This document shows, in pieces, positions 56,382-64,000 of a DNA stretch of 64,000 bases. The stretch covers positions 97,216,001 to 97,280,000 of the forward strand of contig OX597824.1 of the NCBI GenBank assembly GCA_951406725.2, read 5' to 3'. The stretch's first letter is position 1; each line of letters starts with the position of its first letter. Position numbers and translations under genes: made by a program. This stretch comes from Octopus vulgaris (lineage: Eukaryota). The notes beneath the pieces are model-generated. The model saw only the letters and a list, made by a program, of their open reading frames with translations, was not told where the DNA came from and ran no database searches.

Positions 56382-57405
56382 TTGTCTGTCTGTCTATCTA
56401 GTTTTCTGTCTATGTATGTATGTATGTATGTATCTATCTATCTATCTGTGTATGTATCTATCAATTTAGATAGACAGACACCGAAGAAAAATGTTAGCTG
56501 TGACCTTGAAACTTTTACTAGTAATTAGCTTCGTCAGACTGTCTCTTGAAAGCTTACAACCCATCTAAATTGGAAATTCCTTAATGAAATTGAACTTATT
56601 TAAATATACTCACTGATCGTGGACTTGATATTTGAATGTTGTCTACGACTATGCGTAAAACCAATCATATACCTACACACGCACACATACATAAACCTCT
56701 GTGTAAAAGAGTATAATCATATGTGTAAGTATACAAATACCGAAAGGCGCATAAACACGCACGACACATGTACCTGCTGGTCAGCGACCCCTGCCCTCTC
56801 AGTTTGGTCATAACTCAGCCGCGCCTGGCTGATGGAACCGATCGGCTTCGCAGTCAGCTTCAATCAGTTTAGGGATTTCATTTTATCTCGGAAATTAATC
56901 TCATTGAAAAAAGTAATCACACGTAGACATACACAGAGGCAGAACGACATATTATGCCCATCGATATGATTCAATTTTGTTTGTAATTATTCTCCTAAAC
57001 ACTGAAAAACAAGCCTTCCTTTTTTTCATGTCAAATATCGATTTAACTGTTTACATTATATTATTGGAGATCAATAAATTGTAAGTAAAATCAAATAACT
57101 AAAAACTCTACCGTCTGCCGTTCTTCTTATCCCATTGAAGCGCATTTAACGACCGGCGCAGCTACAATGGCCTCGCTATTCACAGGATGCTTCGTTACAA
57201 CAATACAATATTCACATCTCGTTTCTCGCAGAGAATAATCAGCTTTCATAGAGAGAAAGAGGGTTTTAACAGTTCAATAATGGTTTTGTCGAATTCATTA
57301 AATGAAACATATGAAAGTTATTGATTAAGAAATCAAATGGTAATAGGGATGATATGCGCCGATTTTATAGATAATGATGATGGTGATGATGATAGAAACA
57401 ACGGC

Positions 57406-57438
<33 letters not shown>

Positions 57439-57461
57439 AATAATAATAATAATAATAATAT

Positions 57462-57790
57462 ATTTCTTTATTGCCCACAAGGGGCTAAACATAGAGGGGA
57501 CAAACAAAGACAGACAAAGGGATTAAGTCGATTACATCGACCTCAGTGCGAAACTGGTACTTAATTTATCGACCCCGAAAGGATGAAAGGCAAAGTCGAC
57601 CTCCTTTCTACTATAGGCACAATCCTGAAATTGTTTGGGGAGGGGCTAGTCAATTACATCGACCCAAGTACTTATTTTATCGACTCCGAAAGGATTAATG
57701 GCAAAGTCAACTTCGGCGGAATTTGAACTCAGGACGTAAAGCCGGATGAAATACCACCAAACATTTCGTCCGGCATGCTGCCGATCCTGG
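57462..57790 (-). mobile_element. Two tandem SINE family 2 units
   Basis: Two gaccccgaaaggatgaaaggcaaagtc-type bodies with different tails, next to a (CAA)n(TAA)n tract. Confidence 0.85.
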
Positions 57791-57814
57791 TGATGATAAG
57801 AATAACAGAATGAA

Positions 57815-58070
57815 TCAAGCGAAACTCACATGGGATATGTAAGGATATCTTTACAGGTAAGAAACTGCCGAATGAGCGATTAGATCTCACTCTCTTACGG
57901 AACGAATTCAAAGAATGGGTCTTTATCAACATCGCAGATCAGAATATTGTGAAGACAGACAATGCGAAAGTCGAGAAGTAGCATGACCCAGCATTGGAAG
58001 TAAAAGACATGCAAAGAGCCTCGCAAGTGAGTATGGTGCCGTGATCAGTGCCCTTGGGACTGTGATGTCA
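57815..58070 (+). mobile_element. Decayed R4/Dong-like endonuclease fragment
   Basis: DQNIVKTDNAKVEK*HDPALEVKDM...ISALGTV parallels the 20750-20880 region. Confidence 0.5.
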
Positions 58071-59511
58071 ATCTTATAAGGATTCTGCTGGTTCCTCCGC
58101 TACTTAGACATAGTCGGAAGTGGGGATATGGGAAGGGGGGAGGAAGAGGTGATGCTGTGTGAAATGTCTATTTTTTTTTTAAACTGAGGTTTTTCCTCCG
58201 TTACTTAGCCCGTCTGTAACGCTTTCACGTGATTAGTTGAAGGGAAATGTGAAGAGCGAAAAAAAAGGAGAAAACGTTGAAGTGAAGAGTGAGAAAGAGG
58301 GAGAGAATGTGTATTAAGTATATAAAATTGTGCAAAAAGTATATAAAGTGTATGTATAAAGTGCGTTATGTAATCGTCGTATTCCAATTTTCTCCACTTT
58401 TCAATGAGGAACAGATGAGTGACTATCTTTTGATACAGACTCAACTCTGGCTACACTTTCAGATTTTTTAAGGATAAAGATTTCAGAAGAAAAAAAAACA
58501 AGTAGTTAACCATTAATTCCATTAAATATTCACGGGTCTCGCTGGTTATAATAATAATAATAATAAGAAGAAGAACGAGGAGCGGGATGCGATTTGTAAT
58601 AGATTATTCCAACAGGTCGTCTGCCTTCTTTAGTTTCAAAATGCAAAATGACAGTAAATGCAGAAACAGAAATTCAAAGTATAAACGAAGAAATCCAGCG
58701 TTCATATGTTGATAGAATGACGTCATCAAAAAACAAGAAAAAGAAAGAAATGAAAAGAAAAAAAGGAAAACTGATATTTAGTAGAAGAGTTTTGTGTAAA
58801 TATGATGAAATTCACCTGTCATTTTCTGCATTCCTCCAGGATGTGTTTTTAGTAATTCACAAATATATTTGTCCTCATGCATTTGGACTGACATTTGCGA
58901 TTACTGGAAACCTGCAAATGCTTTTGTACATCATTATGTCAAACGGGATTATAGTAAATCACAATTAAAGGAAATTGTAAATGACACAGCTAAGATTGGC
59001 AAGGAAAGTCAAACATTTACATATAACTTTAACAAATATGTGACATAATTCCTTTAGTGATTAACTGGCACCGAAATTTCGCTGGCATTTCAAAAGTGTT
59101 GCGTGAAGATAAATATACTCATTTCAAACAAATATTCTCTCTGCCGCCTAATTGCAGCCTTTAGATGTAATAAAAATAGGAGAGAAATATTAATGTGCCT
59201 TTCACTTTTATAATAAAATTTCCCTTCAGTTTTAATTGCTAATAACTCCAAGAAAACTGTCATTGAAGCGTCTGAACGCTGCACCTTGAAAATCAGCCGC
59301 AAGACAGGTAAGCCCTGTTCATTGTGCAACAACACGAGTCAAGTCAATTCCATCACGAATCATAATTAAATAAAAGATTGAATGGACACAGGTATGATGC
59401 CAGGCAAGTAATAGCAGTTCAAGAGAAATTGCCGAACATTTTGCATCAAACGGGACACCTGAAAATGCACGTTCTCAGAAATTATTCTGAATCCACTGCA
59501 TGTGTATATAC

Positions 59512-59905
59512 GGCGTGGCTTTTGGGGTGAGTGGCTTGCTTACCAACCACATGGTCCCGGGTTCAGTCCCACTGTGTAGCACCTTAGGCAAATGTCTTCT
59601 ACTATGGCCTCGGGCCGACCAAAGCCTCGCGAGTGGATTCGGTCGACGGAAACTGAAAGAAGCCCGTCGTACATATATATATACACATATGTATATATCT
59701 GTATATGTTTGTGTGACTGTGTTTGTCCCCCCGCCACCATTGCTTGACTACCGATGCTGGTGTGTTTACGTCCCCGTAACTAAGTGGTTCGGCAAAAGAT
59801 AGGATATGTACTAGGCTTACAACGAATAAGTCCTGGGGGTCGATTTGTTCGACTAAAGGCGGTGCCCCAGCATGGCCGCAGTCAAATGACAAACAAATAA
59901 AAAAT
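59512..59905 (+). mobile_element. SINE family 1 copy
   Basis: Colinear with 8621-9032. Confidence 0.9.
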
Positions 59906-60411
59906 AGAGGAAAACACACACACGCACACATATATTTACACGTGCGCACGCACATACACAAATACACACAGACGTATAAACTGACGTTTATAAACTCGCG
60001 TTTAGGTTTTAATTGCTAATTAGCTACCTGTAAAATTTATAAACTACACTTCTACCGTTTTGAAACGGCGCATGCGTTCAAAGGTTTTTCTTATGAAATG
60101 AGGAGACGAGTTAAGCTTAAGCTTGGGTGCAGTAAGATCCACTGACGAGAAATGAGACGCAATGCATCGGAATATAAAATCCCGTGATATGGTTATATCT
60201 GCTGCTTCAGTCGGGAGTTTGTCTCACTTATAGTACGGAGCTTTCTCGCTTCATCTCTTTCGCCAACTTATTAAGATAGTGTTTTTTGTGGCTAATTGAG
60301 TCGTTTTGACTCTTATTTCTAGCAATTCTGGTGCGTCTTTGTGCCCTTCACTTTTATAATAAATTTTCCCTTCAGTTTTAATTGCTAAGACACCTATATT
60401 ATATATATGCT

Positions 60412-60496
<85 letters not shown>

Positions 60497-60779
60497 TTGT
60501 GTGTGTGTATATACGTCTGACTTTTTTCGGCTTCTGTCTACCAAATCCAACACAACGCTTTGGGCGGATTTAGCGTATAGTAAAAACATTTGCCGAATGT
60601 GTTGCGCAGTGAGTTGGAAGGCAAACATTTTGCCCCCCATCACTCATCACCATCTCTGTTTGCTGCGGTTTATGGTCTAACATCTTATTTCTAAGTACTA
60701 ATGGGAATGGGGCTTCACGCAGCTGGTTGACGAGGGCGACGGGTCAGCAACGTTATGTGCCTTTAGTTCATACATGGAC

Positions 60780-61750
60780 CGCCTGCTGTTTCTCTCTGCA
60801 ATATACAGTGCCACTTGTTCGGTGGTCAAAATAAATTGCCATCAATCGGAACCATTTCGCATTGCACGCTCGACCCATCCGAGCTGCCCAGCCTCGCCTC
60901 AAGTGTACGGATGTGCTGTCTGACTGGCTTCTTTCAGATGCATGGACTCGTTCCGTATTCGGGTATTGCTGACTTATGGAATTATGGCGAATAGCTGCTG
61001 TTGTATGTGACACGGGTCCGCTATGGTGCTCTTGATGGTTTTTGGGTTTTATATTTTTTATTATTATGATGATTGTTGTTGTTGTGGTCGTTAATGTTGT
61101 TGTAGATGCTACTATTATTGTAGATAGTTTTGTTTTTGAGGATTCACTTTTGTTGTTTGCTTTTCTTCGTTTTTGTTGTTGCATAAAAGTAGCAAGCTGG
61201 TAGCACCATTAGCAGACCGGGCAAAACGGTTAGCAGCATTTCACTCGTCTGTATGTTCTGAATTCAAATTCTGTTGAGGTCGACTTTGCCTTCGGCCTTT
61301 TCTGAAGTCAGAAAAAAGTATCTGTTGAGGCAGGTAAGGAAGTTTTTCATTTGTTTGGTACGTATCTCGAAATAAGTTGTCTGGTGGACGAGGTCGACAG
61401 CTATGAGGACCGAAATGCTCCTCTTTGATAGAACACTCTTCGAGTTTTTCAAGTTTCCCTTGAAACGGAAAATGATAATAGAGAGGGAGGTACTGTCTTC
61501 TGTTGAATGTATACAATGGTGGGTGGATGTGGCAAAATGACAAGACAGAATGTCACCGCTCTGAGAATCTGTCAGTCGGAGAACAGGGATTGGAATAGGG
61601 GCTTGCCCCTCGTATTGAATATCTTGAATGGTGGGGTTCCACGATTGTTCCTGTATCAGGAGGATCACAACACAACCACCCGCTTTTATTTACATTTACT
61701 TCTGAACTTCTGCTCTGTCTAATTCTTTTCTTTTCTTTATACTGTATATC
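60780..61750 (+). mobile_element. Degenerate Tx1-like LINE 3' end, interrupted by a simple repeat and a SINE family 2 fragment (~61190-61320)
   Basis: Manual translation gives HGLVPYSGIADLWNYGE, VFICLVRISK*VVWWTR and FFKFPLKRKMIIEREVLSSVECIQWWVDVAK. Confidence 0.55.
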
Positions 61751-62379
61751 GTGAATAATCTTTACCACTTCCTTCTTTCTATCATACCATTTTATCTAAA
61801 TTCCTATATTTTACGCCTCTCTTTTTTATTGTCCACCCCATCCGTCAACTTGGTGGCATATATATGAAATCATGTTCATCATCATCATCATCATCGTTGT
61901 TGTTGTGGTGGCATTGGTGGAGTTGGTGGTGGTGGAGATGATGACAATGTCATCATCATGAACAAGAAAAACCAGAAAGACAACAGAAGCAGCAGCAAGA
62001 ATAATGATTCTTAAAATCAATTGCAAAACATGTTGATTATCGATTCTGGATATTTTATTTGGAAACTATTTGTCATAATAAAAAAGTTATCGACAAACAG
62101 AAATAGAAACAGAGTGAATCTCTTCTTTTGAGAGAAGACAATAAAATCTTTAAAGAAATGGAGGAGCAGAAAGGAAGATTTCAACAACAACAGCAACAAC
62201 AACAACAACAACAACCACAGCAATGACGAAAGCTGCAACAACAAGAAAAGCAGCAAAGTTGATAACAGCCAGATCAACATCGGCTTTAATAACCTCATCG
62301 ATATCAGTAATAAAGACAAACACCACCGTTAACACAGGCTGCAACATCGAAAACACCGCAACCTACAATAACAAAAATA

Positions 62380-63060
62380 TCGGTTTCGAATCTTGGCACG
62401 AGGTCAGCAAATTTTCTGGGGTTGCCGGAGCATGTTGACTAAATCGACCCTAGATCTCAAACAGTTCTTATTCCGAAAGAATGTAAGGTAAAGTCGACTC
62501 CGGATTTTTTGGACCGAGAAGATAAGGTCGGACGAAATGCGGCGAAGCATTTTTATCCGGTGTGCTACCGATTCTACTGGTTCACCGTCTTCGCAACAAC
62601 GTTAGTATCGGTCTCTCATTGTAAGGCGGCGAGGAGCTGGCAGAAACATTAGAACGCCGGGCGAAATGCTTAGCGGTATTCCGTCCGTCTTTATGTTCTG
62701 AGTTCAAATTCCGCGGAGTCGATTTGCTTTTCATCCTTTTGGGGTCGATAAATTAAGTTGTGTACTGAGCTCAATCTAGTCGACAAGCCCCCTCCACCAA
62801 AATTTCGGGCCTTGCACCCAGAGTAGAAAAGAATATCGGTTTCACGTGTTCGTAGAAGGCCAGCAATTTTGAGGGAGGGGGAAGGAGGAGGGGAAAAATC
62901 CACCCCGATACTCATCTGGTACTTATTCTATTAACTCTGGAAAGATGATATTTATGTTGACCCCGGAATGATGAAAGGTGAAGTCTACCTCGGCGGAATT
63001 TGAACTCAAAACATGATGACAGACGTGCCCGACGTGCTAATGGTTCTGCCAGCTCGCCAA
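62380..63060. mobile_element. Cluster of three SINE family 2 copies in alternating orientation (-,+,-)
   Basis: ~62380-62590 minus, 62623-62835 plus (ggcggcgaggagctggcagaa head), ~62840-63060 minus. Confidence 0.8.
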
Positions 63061-63689
63061 TTTAATGCAACAACAACTACATCAATAACACCAAAGACAA
63101 AAACAACACCCTGGACAAAAGAAACTTCGCCAACATCACCGTCTACAACAACAACAATCATTATAATAGTACAAAATATAAAACCCATCAACCTGCAACA
63201 GCATCATGAGGAAGCCTCAACGTATTTGCTCTATCTTCTAGAAATAGCAGCCAAATCTCCGTCGTCAAGTGGGCCCTAACCCACCATTTTTTTCGAAAAG
63301 ACACGTTGGGTAAATATTTGGGAGGAAAATAATATGTTACCTTATAAGGAGAAACTACAGCAAATCGAATGAAGTTTTGGTTGACGGTTCTCTGCATACG
63401 GGAAAGGGTGGTTACGGTTGGAACAACTATGACCATAGGTCTCTGTTCGACCTGAGGCCGGATCGAACAACAGTGACTGTAGCAACAGCAACAACAGCCG
63501 TACAAGAATTCGGACCTGGAGATCTCCATTTCCAGCGACTTCGAAGGCCAACTCCCAGTGGTGTCGGGTGTCAATGAAAAGCCCTCGACTACAACAAGAC
63601 GACCAAAGTTTTATTTTTCCAAGGTCTGGGGTCTCCCGCCCCTAAGCCCTAGACCATCACCTAATCACCCTTACCCGTCTTGTTGCTTA

Positions 63690-64000
63690 ACAACAACAGT
63701 AGCAACAACAACAACAACAACAAGAATAATAACCAAGAACTCCACTATCACCAGCGCCACCACTACCACCAGCACCGCCGCTACCACCACCACCACCACA
63801 ACAATTACTATCACCCAAACCACCATCATCACCGCCGCTACCACCACCACCACCACAATTACCCTCACCCAAACCACCACCATCACCGCCGTTCCCACCA
63901 CACATAACAAGATCAACAGCACCAGTTGCACTTCTAGCAGTGACAATATCACCTCCACCGCCACCACTTAAAACAACAACACCAACAACAACAGTCATTA
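63690..64000. repeat. Degenerate (CAA)n/(CAC)n trinucleotide repeat
   Basis: Directly visible repeat. Confidence 0.85.

Noticed and set aside
63558-63971. Thr-rich mucin-like ORF
   Set aside because: Explained by degenerate (CAC)/(CAA) trinucleotide repeats.

Overview
Eukaryotic, AT-rich, repeat-dense genomic DNA. The SINE families and the very large (TA)n/(CA)n/(TATC)n load look cephalopod (Octopus-like); this is inference, not a database result. The only host gene I can support is the 3' part of a minus-strand class A GPCR of the cholecystokinin/sulfakinin receptor family: an ICL3-TM6 exon (18951-19275) spliced in phase to a terminal TM7/helix-8 exon (13595-13793). I found no TM1-TM5 exons, so 19276-64000 is probably one very large intron. 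The rest is transposon material: three co-oriented copies or fragments of a CR1-group LINE sitting in (TA)n tracts, R4/Dong-like, Tx1-like, RTE and Penelope-like fragments, Tc1/mariner and hAT relics and MITEs, a Helitron 3' end, and at least three tRNA-derived SINE families. The most interesting observations are: (1) a LINE-SINE pair sharing a 3' end whose hairpin shows compensatory changes; (2) ~190-200 bp (TA)n-embedded mini-elements with a minimal hammerhead-ribozyme-like motif; (3) apparent (TA)n targeting by the LINE, whose ORF1 has a CCCH finger and a candidate -1 frameshift site; (4) several palindromes and locally duplicated motif-rich blocks in the intron. Most long ORFs in the track are microsatellite artefacts. 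Coordinates of degenerate elements are approximate.
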